Part shown: positions 43,116-58,498 of the stretch, in pieces
Position numbering within the stretch: position 1 is the stretch's first letter
Layout: every line of letters starts with the position of its first letter
Translations under genes and position numbers: made by a program
Assembly: GCF_000485595.1 (NCBI RefSeq)
Contig: NW_014577072.1
Span: 281,233-345,232 of the forward strand
From: Priapulus caudatus
Taxonomy: Eukaryota
DNA: 64,000 nucleotides
Reading direction: 5' to 3'
Notes under the pieces: model-generated
The model's database searches: none
What the model was told of the DNA's origin: nothing
What the model saw: only the letters and a program-made list of their open reading frames with translations

Positions 43116-46100
43116 CGCAGACCACGTGTGTATGTCAGCACCAGCGACCGTCTTTGCAGCGCTGCGAGAAGATGACTGCTGCCTGAGGAGCTTATCGGAA
43201 TCAATACGAAAAAACAAAATGGAAGCCTGCAAATGAGGTGATGAAGAGAGCCGGCGTCCGCAGCCCGCATTAGTGGCCTTCTAACGATGATCAGGTCGGT
43301 TGAACTCGTATGATGCGCACTTTTTATCTACTCTGGCTTCATCCTGCTAATTGGACGCTAAACCTTTGATGAATTCCAGAAGAATTGCCAAGCCTCTCAA
43401 AGTATCGTTCAATATATTTATGGCGGGCCTGATTCAAGAAAGTTGCTCCTTCCATTTGCATTGATGAAGTGGTCATGGATTGGTGAACTAGGTGGCGTGT
43501 TAGGTTTTTCAGCGCCAAATATGAAGATCAAATAGCTTGACCAAAATATGTCCAGCCTCACGTTGCCTCAAAATATCCCAACTATTTCCACTAGTGGTGG
43601 CGACACGAGAAAGGCTAGGCAGCCAGAATTCTTCCATATTCGGAAATTACAGAATCTCTCTCTTAACAAAACTGTGGATACAAATTAGGGCAGGGAATAA
43701 TCACTTTTCTCTTTCGATCCCGCTAATCCCCTTCCCACTCCTCATTCGCCCTGGACATACCTTCTTACTTACTTTCCCTCTCAGCCAATCTACCCAGCTC
43801 TCTAATCTCTGATTCCCTCTTTCCTCCTCGGTACATATCTATTTCTCTTCTCTCCCATCCTCTCTCTCTCTCATCTCTCTCTCTCATCCTTCTCTCTCTC
43901 TCAACTATGGAATGAAGGAATGATGTGAGCGATTACGAGACGTTGAAGATATCAGCGCAGGCACGTTGGCTGCACACATCAATCAGTCAATGACTAGTCA
44001 ACTGTGCCACAACCTGCTATGGCGGATTAATCTAAGTTCAAACACAAAACAAAAACGAAACGCAAATAAGATTTATAGCATGCTCGCTGTCATATGTTTT
44101 CAACACGCTTAAACGTCATAATGACCAAAAAGAGAAAGCAATGCTGAATTTATCTCATGCACGGATCAAGTCGCTCCCGCAGCTCTGCATAATTAACAAT
44201 GTGTTTTTTTGTATCTGAAGTACACATCAGATTAATTCTTTGCCTCAATCACTGTCATCTTGTTTACCAGGTTTCTTATCATCCTTCCTTGCCCCTGCAA
44301 TATCAATAGGTTTTGCAGTCATCGCTTTTGCGCTTCAAATGCAATTTTTATGAGCAAGGGTCTGCCGTCGTTGGCGAGCATTAGTGTGGGCCTAGATAGT
44401 ATTGCTTGGTAAACTTTACGCGAGGCAGCAGCTTACAATTGAAAAGCATTGTAAATATGCTTGCGAAAACGCGACAACGGAACGACTTCCTTTTAACCAT
44501 CTTTCCGCATTAGCATGTTCATTGACTAAACGGAACACAGATATAGCGCGTGCAACACAAAAGTTGGCAACTGAGACTTGATTTACATTTTACTGAGGCA
44601 ATAGCCTCATCTTCACGCACCTGCACAACACAAGAGTCAATCTTTATAGATCGCATCCTATATATGATGCACTAGTTTCTGAAAGCACGTCAATAAGCAT
44701 ACGAATAATAAAAATATAGATCACCTGCTATGTCCATGCTAAAAGGAATCAAGAGGATTTGCGATACAAGTAGCGTAAATAGTGCGATATAAGTAGGAAG
44801 TTTAGTTCTAATTTAAACGAATAACAACCTAAAGACACACTAATTAGATGACGTGTAATATTTCAGCCGGTTCAATATCGAATATTCTGTAAGCCCCGGT
44901 TCAGGTCCATAAAGCGCAGCAATAGCACAATTCACTTGAGACATTGAGATCATCAACATTTTTTCCAGTTTATGTGCTGCGTAGCGTGAGAGCGAAAATG
45001 ATTCGAAGTGCTTTCGCATTGATTTGTTGGCAGTTGGAATAACGCTTTATTCCTATAATTACTTCTAGGTTTATGCTTTGAGATAACATTCTTCTTCTTA
45101 GACATTTATGTTTTCTCGGCGCGCGATATTTAAGACTTACGCACGAATTATTTTTCTCGGCTATTATCCAGACAGAGCAGATAACTAGCGAGGCTACAGC
45201 TTAGATAAATAAATACATTCAATAGTATAGATGGATTGATGGATCGGACCGGACGTGAAAGAAAGAAAAGAACAGACAGACAGTAGATAGAGCAGATGAA
45301 AAGATAGGTAGATAGATGAACAAATAGAATTGATAGGCGTTTTAATGTTAAATTGCAATAAATTTCACTGTGTATTTATTATTGCTGTGATTGCGTCTTT
45401 ACAAGTAAATTCACCAATTACAAATCACAACATCAACAGATCATAGTGAGATCACACTACGCGAAATGCAGTGCTGAGTTTGGTAATATTTAGCTTTTTA
45501 GATTTCAACTAATTAATATTTCAAACACAATTAATTAATATCAATTAAATACAAGTTCATCTTCTGTCCCCTTGAGTATGGCTCAAGTTTTGAAACACGT
45601 ACTTGTAATTCAATGTCATAAATATCACTTGCTCTAATGCAACATTAAATATCTAGCTCTAACCTGCCTACCTAGTAAATGTAACCACTTTCATGGGGAG
45701 TAAATCGTATCAACAGCTTCATTAACATTTTTACTGGTCAACTTTCCAGTAAACCGTATATTCATTGAGATTTGAAACAGGTTATAAAACGATGAATGAA
45801 TATATGATAGAAATGTAATGAAACTTGCCGACGCATGATCGGACTGGCATCAAGTAAATAAATTTGTCGTTAAATAACTTGGTGTCGCTGAATACTTTTT
45901 GGAACTATTTATGGACAATGACAAGTGTGACATCACCCAGACATGTGTGCTCATGCGCGCGCTGGTGCGTGTAGAAAATGAATCTGTTCATATTGGTTAG
46001 TATGATGTAGTTTAAGCATCCTATCTCAACATCTGCATGCTGGTGGCTATATGCAATATGTCACCAATCATTTCTACGAAAATATAAAAATTAAAAAACA

Positions 46101-47369
46101 AATGATGCTTATGTATTATTACGTTGATAATGTCACCGTTTACTTTCAGAACATGCTACACTGACTTTTTAGCAGACCATGTGTAAAGTGGGTGTCTTGT
46201 AAGCATTGCACAACGCCGCGCGGCGCACGCCAACGCCCACATATAAACCTGACATCCGTTCAGAGAAAGCGAAACTGCGATTTTGAACAAAGATGCGGTA
46301 GACAATGGAAATGAAAACTAATTCATGTAGATGAATACCTGTAAGTTTACCATACCTAGGTGATCCAAAATATTGTGCGAATGACTAGCGTACTTACGTC
46401 TACACCGAGTGTACGGCCACATATTTAAATGTGACATGCAATAATCCGAATCTTAGGTGACACGTGTAATATGTCATTGAAAAGATACATAGAGCATTCG
46501 TATCGAAACATATATCATAAGTAAAAATCTAAAATTTGAGACTATTTATCTCCTGGACGTGAGATTTACAATAGGAAAGGCTTATGTTTTTTCGAATCAA
46601 TGTTCGTTAACAGGCTATAAAACTAACCCAAAACGCGTTTCAATGGCAAGTTGCCAATCAGCATCAATCGTGACACAATTTCAATACTCCAGTAATTCAT
46701 TTTCATTGCGCAATTATAGCCCACTATACAATTCATGCAAACACTCAACCTGTCAACCAGTGTATCGATTTTTGGCTGAACACTGGTGCATGTTGACGAT
46801 GTCTTGGCGGTACGGCAGAACCGTAGAAACGTTAACGTAGCGTAGTTTAGCTGGACCTTAATCGGCCGTCTCTTCAGGATCAGCAAACGCGCGGTTCTCT
46901 CTAACACGATGACTTTGTTCTTCCAGCCGCTCCATAAGAGCGCATCATTCTCGTCACTTCAGACTCTCCCAGCTGATTGCAAAGGTAATTAAATGATTTC
47001 AATTTTCTCGGCATTGCCAGCGGGTTTTTTCGACCGCCAGCGGACTTTAATTAATAATTGAGGCGACGGTTGTAATCAGACGATTGTCTTCGAGTCAGTC
47101 CTTTATGAAATATTCACACGGAAGATTTCAGCAAAAAAGGCATTTGATGTTACGTCCGACTGCATCATTTATGACGATACCGGGGAGTGTTTTCCGGGCG
47201 TGCTTCCTGTTGAGTGAAGCCACGTTTTTGTCACCTGACTTTCTGCGTTTTTTCGCGCCGTTCCTTTAATCAACAAAACCTTCATACGGAACACTGCGAT
47301 GGACTATATTTATACACTATGTCATACCGACATAATCTCTTCACGTTTCCGGACGACTATTGTTTAGGC
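41683..47369 (+). repeat. Block C (direct duplicate of 51161-56828)
   Basis: Both copies run from (TG)n-taagcgtgatgttttt through the CAGTAG repeat, (TA)n and (TC)n to ctattgtttaggc. Confidence 0.93.
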
Positions 47370-47518
<149 letters not shown>

Positions 47519-49171
47519 CATCACCGAGCTCTAGGCGCACGCCTATATAGGACTATAGTACTACTTTCGAGGTATGTAACGTCATTCACATAAAGACACA
47601 TTAAAATAAACATGATATTCACTGCCAATTGCAAAAGTATTTTCACGTATTTGATAACATAACGTTTAGAATCGGACTAGCTCCGTAGGCATGCGCAATT
47701 TCAAATTGTTTAAAATGGTTACATTATTTACAAATATAATGAATATGCGTAGGTAAACCCGTACTAAACGCTACCCGCACACAATGCTTCATCTCTAATT
47801 ACTGTACATTGTTGCATGAAAATCGGTTCTTCATTAAATAGCTCTGGCTCTGAATGAAAGGAAATGATCGCCTGAGAGCCCTAGAGGGCACGAGCGAATG
47901 TCGGCCGAGCGTGAATGATAAATTGATAGAAGCCATTACTGCAGAGGAAGCGATCATCGGGCGAATGCACTTTACCTGCACTTAACTCACAATTACCTGA
48001 GATAACAGCCTCGTAACACTGTTCTGCTTTTAGCTTCGTGCGATATTTGTATTTTTCCAAAAATAACATTTCTGATGCTGACTCAGAAGCAGCGCACGGA
48101 TGGAGTTCAATTAGCACATTCTGAGTTACACTGCTGAAAGATGACGTGAATTATATGAATACACTATATACGAGACCTGAAGGCTGGTCTGCGCTGCGGT
48201 GACACCACCATCGAGCAACCGCAGGTGATATCGAAGTTATATCATGTTAATCATAACAAACAGTCATACGCAAAAATATGGAAAACGTATTTTCAATAGA
48301 CATGCTTGTATTGTATTGTATTGTGTTGCATTGTATTGCATGCTCGTTGCTTATCACATTAGTGATGATCATTTTACATTAGCTTAGGTAATCAGACAGT
48401 GCAATCGGTTCCTTTGCCGCCCGCAATGCGGCTGATCGAGGAATCAAAGAATCGAATGCGAATTTACGGATAACGACAAGACACGGCAGAATTTCGTTTG
48501 CAGGCGATGGGAAATAAACGCGCATTAGGCGCTGTCATTAGGATTGCTGGATGGGAAACGGCGACCATTCCATTACCCACACCTGAGTGAGCCGACAGGA
48601 AAACGCAATCTGCGTGTGCAGACGGCGCGCGCGCGATCCCTGCATCGTCTGCAAGGACTGCCACCTCGTCTCACCCAGGTAAACATACTAGGCACCATTA
48701 CAGCTAGTATAGTATAGTATAGTATAGAATAGCGACTGACACGAATGGAAACGCAAGCAAAACAACAATTACGCTAATCTGTCAGCGTATATCGGCGCAG
48801 CTAAGTAGTCAATATTGAGGCGATCGTTTCATTCAATAAGTCATAACAGCGGCCCGTCAATAAATTCAACACTTCTGCGAGATTTATGGCGTTGCCGCTG
48901 ACTTTCGGTCATTAGTCATGTCCCACCCGGCCGAGGAACATACCCGGCATATCCGGTCTCGCTGCCTCATGAAAACCAGCGATCAACTGCTTTCAGATGA
49001 AGAATCGGCTAGCACTGAGTGTATAATGATTTTACGCTGGTAAAGGGAATATGCCTAGAAGGGCGATCCCGCATGTCAAGTTAGTCGAGAAACCGTGTAC
49101 GAGCGAGGCGAACCCATAACGACTAGCCGGGTAAAGATACAAACGTTCCCGCAAACGCATGCACACCAGCA

Positions 49172-49622
49172 CACAGGCACTTGGAGCGTTTCAATAAAGT
49201 ATAATGCTAAATAAATACGAAATCTGTTTACTACCAAAGTCTTAATGTTTCTCTACTCTCTTTCACATAATATTTCCGACAAATTCCTGTAAATGCCGTC
49301 CAAATGCTCATCTGCAACACACGCTGGCCGCCGCACGCTAGCTGACATATAAATATATAGTTAATAATTGTTAATAATAATAATAGTTAAAATAAATAAA
49401 AAATAAAAATAAAACACAAAAATAAAACACATGACTATATATTTATGTGTCAGTGTGCAGCGGCAGCCAGCGTGAGTTGCAGATGAGCATTTGGACGGCA
49501 TTTACAGGAAATTGTCGGCAATAATAGGTGAAAAAGAGTAGAGAAACATTAAGACTTTGGTAGTAAATAGATTTCGTATTTATTTTGCATTATATTTCAT
49601 TGAAACGCTCCAAGTGCCTGTG
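49172..49622. mobile_element. Fold-back MITE (451 bp) with about 190-bp terminal inverted repeats, P-element-like ends and an 8-bp flanking duplication
   Basis: Begins CACAGGCACTTGGAGCGTTTCAAT and ends ATTGAAACGCTCCAAGTGCCTGTG, the exact reverse complement. The arms keep matching inward to an AT-rich spacer. CACCAGCA flanks both sides (49164-49171 and 49623-49630). Confidence 0.8.
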
Positions 49623-49764
49623 CACCAGCACGTACTCGCACGCGCACGCATACCAGCACGTACCTGCACGCGCACGCACACCAGCACGTACCCGCACGCA
49701 CACGCACACCAGCACGTACCCGCACGCGCACGCACACCAGCACGTACCCTCACACGCACGCTCG

Positions 49765-49857
<93 letters not shown>

Positions 49858-49880
49858 CAGCACGCACGCACGCTCGCACG
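49623..49880. repeat. About 28-bp minisatellite (caccagcacgtacccgcacgcgcacgca) merging into (CA)n
   Basis: About five units directly right of the MITE; a garbled counterpart sits at 35851-36110. Confidence 0.85.
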
Positions 49881-51277
49881 CCCACACGACCACGTGCCCA
49901 CTTACGCCACCATGGCGAAGAAAACAGCTAGTACGCTGCATGAGTAGAAACGCAACGTACGACAGCAGACAAGCCTGGCATCACTTAGCCACGGTCAGGG
50001 TCAGGTGGCAGCACTAAGCAGTAGCGCCAGGTGTCCGCGTAGTTTCCTATCTAGACCAGCGGTCGGTAGGATCGCGCATCAACGCTGTAACTGGCAAGTA
50101 TACGCACTCACGCAGTTACGCGCACCCACCATACACCACCCGTGTTAAAGCTGGCTGCTGTGGTTACTCCGCTCAGATCCGCTACACATGCAAAATGTCC
50201 ACGTCTCCCTATAGCGCTGTAACCATAAAGAGTAATACGGCCGTCGTAGAACTCGATAGAAATTCGGCAACGTCTTAACATGACCACCGGAGCACGATGC
50301 AATCGTTCACCTGGTCGTGCACTCGTAGCATCACCACGCGATCACAGTGCAGCAGCATCACACACGTGTACATCGCTGATCGAAATGTATAATTATACAC
50401 CTGTAGATGTTATCTTGATGTTATCCGTTTTACCGCAGGCATGCGCGCGGACACGTGTAAACGAACAGAGCACGAGGGAGGGACGATGTCAACCCGCGAG
50501 TCTTTGTGGCCACGTGTTCCTCCAGCACAGACACCGGCCATTACCATCATAAGATGACCCCTGTCCAGCTTGTACAGCCGAATTTTTACTAAGGCGCTTT
50601 CACGGATTCGAAAAGATAAAGGGGTTGAAATGGCTTTGAACCTGAGCCACGACCACTTTCCAGAGCACATACTGCTGTCAGATTCATCGACTGCCTGCAC
50701 TATTGGCAGGTTTAACAGCGGCTCAGCGTATCTGCCTTCGGCGCTGTCCTAAGCAACGACCTTAGCATAAAGCACACCGGGTCGCAGCGCGGGCTTATTC
50801 AGCTAAACAACAGCGACGTCACCTGTGAATGGGGCGATGCCAGGAGTATATGCCCTCCCGCGACCTCGGCCGGCACCTGGATTTCTTTTCATCGCAATCG
50901 CGCGTTGACGCGGAAAAATCTGTCTGTTTCCGCGTGAATGCGAACTCATTTAGAACGATTGCTTCCCGCGGTTGTCATATCTACGTGCCGAACTGTCACG
51001 TTTGAATGCCGTACGTAGCTCACGGGAATCTAGAATTAGCGTGTCGTCTGTTTTGTTAGCTGCTTCGATAGGTCTAGTCTGATGAATTGTCTGTTTAATA
51101 CATCTAGCTACGCGGTCGAGCTCGCACAACGTGTACATGAGGATTAGCGCACATTTTCCTGTGTTGTGTGTGTGTGTGTGTGGGTGTGCGTGTGCGTGTG
51201 CGTGTGCGCGTGTGCGCGTGCGGCTGCGCGCGCGTGCGCGTCGCGTTGCGCGTCGCGTGTGCGTGTGCGTTGTGCGT

Positions 51278-51357
<80 letters not shown>

Positions 51358-51732
51358 GTGTGTAAGCGTGATGTTTTTCCCAACGTGCTTCTGCAACGAT
51401 ACAATAATGTCATAATTAAGCTTATCTATTGAGCTTTTAGTTTGTTACATCGTTACCGATTAGAACAATTGTATTCCTCGTAAGCGATGGTTGATCGTAA
51501 ATCTTGATTATTATTGAGCTATGCTATTGCATGCGTACGGGTTCTGGTCAAAGGTTGAAAACTTACAATCAACCATTACTCACAAGGAATGGCATTTATA
51601 TAATCGCTAATAAAGTAACAAACTAAAAATGCAATAGAGAAGCGCAATGAAGACGTTTCCCGTTTAGACATACAATATGAGCTGGGCTACTATATATAAT
51701 AACTTTTTTATTTAGTATTTGGTTGTAGTATA

Positions 51733-52152
51733 GTAGCAGCAGCGGCGGCGGCCGCGGCGGCGGCGGCGGTAGCAGCAGCAGCAGCTGTAGCAGTAGCATT
51801 AGCATTAGCATTAGCAGTAGCAGTAGCAGTAGCAGTAGCAGTAGCAGTAGCAGTAGCAGTATCAGTATCAGTATCAGTATCAGTAGCAGTAGCAGTAGTA
51901 GCAGCAGTATCAGTATCAGTATCAGTATCAGTAGCAGTAGCAGTAGCAGTAGCAGTAGCAGTAGCAGTAGCAGTATCAGTAGCAGTAGCAGTAGTAGCAG
52001 CAGTAGCAGTATCCGTAGCAGTAGCAGTATCAGTAGCAGTAGCAGTAGCAGTATCAGTATCAGTAGCAGTAGCAGTAGCAGTAGCAGTAGTAGCAGTAGT
52101 AGCAGCAGTATCAGTATAGCAGTAGCAGTATCAGTAGCAGTAGCAGTACTAG

Positions 52153-52185
<33 letters not shown>

Positions 52186-52187
52186 TA
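51733..52187. repeat. (CAGTAG/CAGTAT)n hexanucleotide repeat with a (GGC)n head; noisy twin at 42223-42685
   Basis: Direct read; source of the poly-Leu pseudo-ORF. Confidence 0.95.
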
Positions 52188-52550
52188 ACAGCACACATAT
52201 GCATTCAATCGGCGGTCAACTATATGAGGCTTTAACACTACTCATCGGATTATTACTAGAGCGTTCACATTCATCACGTGGACTTGTACACGATATGTCC
52301 AAAATAAATCTGTATGCTGAAGCTGAATGTGATTAGTTTTGCCAAAATGCCGGATGTTTATTTGTTATGATGACCAAATGAGCTTTCACTGCTCACCGAC
52401 GGTGTAGTGGCCGACCACTACTACAACAACAACAACAACAATCACTTCACTGTGAAAAGTTCCACGTCGTGGCAAAAGGTCAATATTTTTACTCTACGTG
52501 TAATACTGGGAATGACCGCTGGTTTATTGGGTGTTAATGATTCCATACTC

Positions 52551-52599
<49 letters not shown>

Positions 52600-53267
52600 C
52601 GCAGACGCACGTGTGTTGTCAGACAGCGACCGTCTTGCAGCCTGCGAGAAGATGCTGCTGCTAGGAGCTTAATCGAATCAATACGAGAAAAACAAATGGA
52701 AGCTGCAAATGAGGTGATGGAGGAGAGCGCGTCCGCAGCCGCATTAGTGGCTCTAACGATGATCAGGTCGGTTGACCGTAATGATGCACTTTTTATCTAC
52801 TGGCTTCATCCTGCTAATGACGCTAACTTGATGAATTCCAGAAGATTGCAGCCTCTCAAAGTCGTTCAAATATTTATGGCGGGCTGATCAGAAAGTGCTC
52901 CTTCCATTTGGCAAGTTGATTGAAGTGGCGTGTTTTTCAGCGCCAAATTGAAGATCAAATGCTTGACCAAATATGTCAGCCTCACTTGCCTCAAAATATC
53001 TCCAATATTTCACTAGTGGTGGCGACACGAGGAAAGGCTAAGGCAGCAGAATTCTCATATTCGGAAATTACGAGCAATCTCTCTCTTACAAAACTGTGGA
53101 TACAAATTTAGGAGGGCATGGGAATAATCATCTTTCTCTTTCGATCCCGCTATCCCCTTGCCCCACTCCTCATTCGCCCTGGACATACCTTCTTACTACT
53201 TTCCCTCTCACATCTACCCAGCTCTCTATCTCTGATTCCCCTCTTTCCTCCCTCGGTACATATCTAT

Positions 53268-53279
53268 TTCTCTCTCTCC

Positions 53280-53348
<69 letters not shown>

Positions 53349-53439
53349 CGTCTCTCTCTCTCGTCGTCGTCTCTCCTCTCGTCTACTCTACGTACGTCGT
53401 ACGTACTACGTACGTACCGTACGAGTACGNNNNNNNNNN

Positions 53440-53503
<64 letters not shown>
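53268..53503. repeat. (TC)n microsatellite spanning an N gap
   Basis: Direct read. Confidence 0.9.
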
Positions 53504-53507
<4 letters not shown>

Positions 53508-56500
53508 ATGGAATGAAGGAATGATGTGAGCGATTACGAGGACGTGTGAAGATATCAGCGCAGAGCACTTGGCTCACACATCAATCAGTCAATGACTAGT
53601 CAACTGTGCACAACCTGCTAGGCGGATTAATCTATTCAAACACAAAACAAAAACGAACGCAATAACGATTTATAGCATGCTCGCTGTCATATGTTTTCAA
53701 ACGCTTAACGTCATATGACCAAAAAGAAAGCAATGCTGAATTTATGCTCAATGCACGGATTCAAGTCGCTCCCGCAGCTCTTGCATAATAACAATGTGTT
53801 TTTTTTGTATCTGAAGTACACATCAGATAATTCTTTGCCTCAATCACTGTCTTTGTTTACCAGGTTTCTTATCATCCTTCCTTGCCCCCTGGCAATATCA
53901 ATAGCTCTTTCAGGTCATCGCTTTTGCTTCAATGCAATTTTTATGAGCAAGGTCTGCGTCGTGACGAAGCATTAGTGGTGGGCCTAGATAGTATTGCTTG
54001 GTAAACTTTACGCGAGGCAGCAGCTACAATGAAAAGCATTGAAATAGCTTGCGAAAAACGCGACAACGGACGACTTCCTTTTAACCATCTTTCCGCATTA
54101 GCATGTTCATTGGACTAACGGAACACAGATATAGCGCGTGAACACAAAAGTGGCAACTGAGACTGATTTACATTTACTGAGCAATAGCCTCATCGTTCAC
54201 GCACCTGCACAACACAAGGAGTCAATCTTTATAGATCCATCTATTATGATGCACTAGTTTCTGAAAGCACGTCAATAAGCATACGATAATAAAAATATAT
54301 CACCTGCTATGTCCTATGCTAAAAAGAATCAAGGATTTGCGATACAAGTAGCGTAAATAGTGCGATATAGTAGGAAAGTTAGTTCTAATTAAGCGAATAC
54401 AACCAAAAGACACACTATTAGATGACGTGTAATATTTCAGCCGGATTATTCGGAATATCTGTAAGCCCTTCAGGTCCTAAGCGCAGCAATGCACAATTCA
54501 CTTGAGACATGATCATCAACAGTTTTTCCAGTTATGTGCTGCGTACGTGAGAGCGAAAATGATCGAAGTGCTTTCGCATTGATTTGTTGGCAGTTGAATA
54601 CGCTTTATTCCTATAATACTTCTAGGGCTTTATGCTTTGAGATAACATTCTTCTTCTTACACATTTATGTTTTCTCGCGCGCGATATTTAGAAACTTACG
54701 CACGAATTATTTTCTGGTATTATCCAGACAGACAGATAACTAGCGAGCTACAGCTAGATAAATAAATACATTCATAGATAGATGGATTGATGGACGGACC
54801 GACGTAAAGAAAGAAAGACAGACAGACAGGTAGATAGACAGATGAAAAGATAGGTAGATAGATGAACAAATAGATTGATAGGCGTTTTTAATGTTAAATT
54901 TCAATAAAATTTCACTAGTGTATTTATTATGCTGTGATTGCGTCTTCTACCAAGTAAATTCACATTACAAATCACAACATCACAGATATAGTGAGATCAC
55001 ACTACCGGAAATGCAGTGCTGAGTTGTATATTTACTTTTTAGAATTTCAACTATCAATATTTCAAAACACAATTATTAATTATCAATAAAAACATCTTCT
55101 GTCCCTTGAGTATGCTCAAGTTTTGAACACGTACTTGTAATCAATGTCATGAAATATTCACTCTCTAATGCAACATTAAATATCTATGCTCTACCTGCTA
55201 CCAGTAACATGTAACCCAACTTTCATGGGGAGTAAATCGTATTCAACAGCTTCATTAACATTTTTACTGGTCACTTTCCAGTAACCGTATATCCATTGAG
55301 ATTTGAAACAGGTTATAAACGATGAATGAATATATGATAGAAATATGTATGAAACTTGCCGACCATGATCGGACTGGCATCAAGAAATAAATTTGTCGTT
55401 AATAACTTTGGTGTCGCTAATACTTTTGGAACTATTTATGGACAATGACAGTGTGACATCACCCAGAATGTGCTCATGCGCGCGCTGGTGCGTGTAGAAA
55501 ATGATCTGGTTCATATGGGTAGTATGATGTAGTTTAAGCATCCTATCTCAACATTCTGCCATGCTGGTGGCTATATGCAATGATGTCACCAATCATTTCT
55601 ACGAAATTAAAAATTACAAAACAAATGATGCTATGTATTATTACGTGATAATGTCACGTTACTTTCACACATGCAACACGACTTTTTAGCAGACCATGTG
55701 TAAAGTGGGTGTCTGTAAGCATGCACACACGCGCGCGCGCACGCACGCACATATAAACCCTGACATCCGTCGAGAAGCCGAAACTGCGATTTTGACCAAA
55801 GATGCGGAGACAATGGAAATGAAACTATTCATGTAGATGAATACCTGTAGTTTACCTACTCTGGTGATCCAAAATATTGTGCGATGACTAGCGTACTTAC
55901 GTCTACACCCGATGTACGCCACATATTAATGTGACATGCATATATCCGAATCTTAGATGACACGTGTAATATGCATTGAACAATACAATGAGCATTCGTA
56001 TCACATATATCATAAGTAAACAATCTAAAATTTGAGACTATTTACTCCTGGACGTAGATTTACAATAGGAAAGCTTATGTTTTCCGAATCATTTTCGTTA
56101 ACAGGCTATAACGTAACCCAAAAGCGTTTCAATGGCCAAGTTGCACAGCATCAATCGGTGACACAATTTCAATACTCCTATTCATTTCATTGCAATTATA
56201 GCCCACTATACAATTCATGCAAACACTCACCTGTCAACCAGTGTATCGGATTTTTGGCTGAACATGGTGCATGTGAGATGTCTTGGCGGTACGGCAAGAA
56301 CGATAGAACGTTAACGTAGCGTAGTTACTGGACCTTCACTCGGCCGTCTCTTCAGGATCAGCAACGCGCGGTTCTCTCTACACGTGACTTTGTTCTTCCA
56401 GCCGCCATAAGAGCGCTCATTCCGTCACTTACCAGACTCTCCCAGTGATTGGCGAAAGGTAATTAAATATTTTCATTTTCTTCGGCATGCCAGCGGGTTT

Positions 56501-58498
56501 TTTCGCCGCCAGCGGAACTTAATTAAATAATGAGGCGAGGTTGTAATCAGACGATTGTCTTCCGAGTCAGTCCTTTATGAAATATTCACACGAAGATTCA
56601 GCAAAAAGCACTGATGTACGTCCGACTGCATCATTTATTGACGATACCGGGGAGTGTCCGGCGTGCTTCCTGTTGATTGAAGCCACGTTTTTTGTCACCT
56701 TGACTTTGCTGCGTTTTTTCGCGGCGTTCCTTTAATCAACAAACTTCATACGACACTGCGATGACTATAGTATCACTATGTCATCCGACATAATCTCTTC
56801 ACGGTTTCCGACGAGCTATTGTTTAGGCCAATTTCAATTTACATTTTTACATGTATCGGTCGATGTTCGGATGGGTGCAGGAACGGGCTGTCAATCATGC
56901 GCGTATTTTGGATATAGCTAAGCAAATTGCTACTGTACATTGTAACGAGCAAAGGTTTTAACACGAATTTATTATACATTCTTAATAACGAATTACTCAG
57001 CTACATGTATATCTGTGGGTTTCTTTGAAATGTGGCAAGTCCAGATTGTTTACTCTAAAGCCCGCTTTCTTTAATCGCATATACGTCATCGTAATCTATT
57101 CATAGAAAGGGCGCGAAGGCGCGCGAGTCTTTGTGTTTAACGCCTGTACACACAAGCCGAGCACGAGATCAAGCCAAATATGGGTGCGTCTCAATTATCT
57201 GTGACCCGCGAGCATCAATAGACTCATCAGTGCGCTCTCGCGTTAATCTGCCGCGTAATTCAACAACAAAAGCACAATTTTCGCACGTAATGAATCTCTC
57301 GCGAAGATGCAGAGATACCGCATTAGCCGGCGGTGTATTTCGTAGTGCTTTTCTCACCTTTTCATCATCACTTCGAGGCAACTCTGATGACAGTAACCGT
57401 GTATGTAATTTCCACTGTCCAGCAGGGGTGCACGCGAGAGCCTAATTGCTTTTGGCTAGGTGTGCAATTGTAAACAGAGTTGACGGTGCCTTAATTCTTC
57501 CCGTATACGAGCATCTGATAGCTACACCGAATCTATACGAACCTTGAACCTTGAGCCATGAAACTACCGGTTGTCTTCAATCATGTTCACAGTCAAGAAA
57601 ATCACAATTAAAAGATCATCATGTAAGCTAAGCAATGTCTTTCTATGCAAATAGAAGATATATTTTATAGTGTTCATAAACTCACTCAACTACTACGCGC
57701 AATAGCGATGACATTTTGTAATCATGAGTTGACGAAAAATTGTGCTTCGTTGGCGAATCCACTATAGATACGGTCACACATAAATCATGCCTCGATAGTA
57801 TACACGCAGCCAATGCATTGATCCTAGCATGTAAAAAATGCACGCTACACCTCCGAATACGCAACAGGGCAGACGCCACAAAGAAAAACTAATGCAAAGG
57901 CGATCTCCGAAAAATGAGCTGCAATTGGAAATCAATCGTCGAGCAGATGACACGGCAACGAGCAGATAAATTGTACAAAATTATCTGTGTTTTTCTCTCG
58001 GTTGACAGCCGCCACTAATGGATTGGCCACTGGTTGCCAGGCGACATGCGTCGTGTTGTAAATTACGTTTTCTGTCAACGTGCCAGTGACGTATGCATAC
58101 AAAAAGAACGTTTGTCTAGACGGATTTTATCAATACAATGTGTCAGTATCAATGCTTTGCCACCTAGCATCGGCAAAACCGGTGCCGGTTACAGTCACAT
58201 GGATATTGTCAGATATTCCGCACCAATCTAATTATATTATACCAAGAGCTAATAAACACCGTAACGTATAAAAATACGTAACTTTAGAGGGAAGCTTTTC
58301 AGATCTGGACCGTATGACATTTACCATCTATTTCAAATTGCATTTCTTTCAACACAACAACCTCATATACAACATACTAAATATAATTAAACATGTAAGT
58401 ATAGTCGATTCTAGATAACGGCGTGCTCGTATAATTCAACGCAAATTTACGCACTATCTGCTGATTACTGCGATGACGTCACCGTAATTACCACTTAC

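Larger units (their letters stand above)
51161..56828 (+). repeat. Block C', which continues into unique sequence
   Basis: Colinear with 41683-47369; contains an N gap at 53430-53439. Confidence 0.93.

Noticed and set aside
49623..49760. CRISPR-like regular repeats
   Set aside because: Head-to-tail minisatellite without unique spacers, in a eukaryotic intron with no cas genes.
51623..52204. 193-aa poly-Leu ORF resembling a membrane protein
   Set aside because: It is a hexanucleotide repeat, and the twin copy at 42.2 kb is not open.
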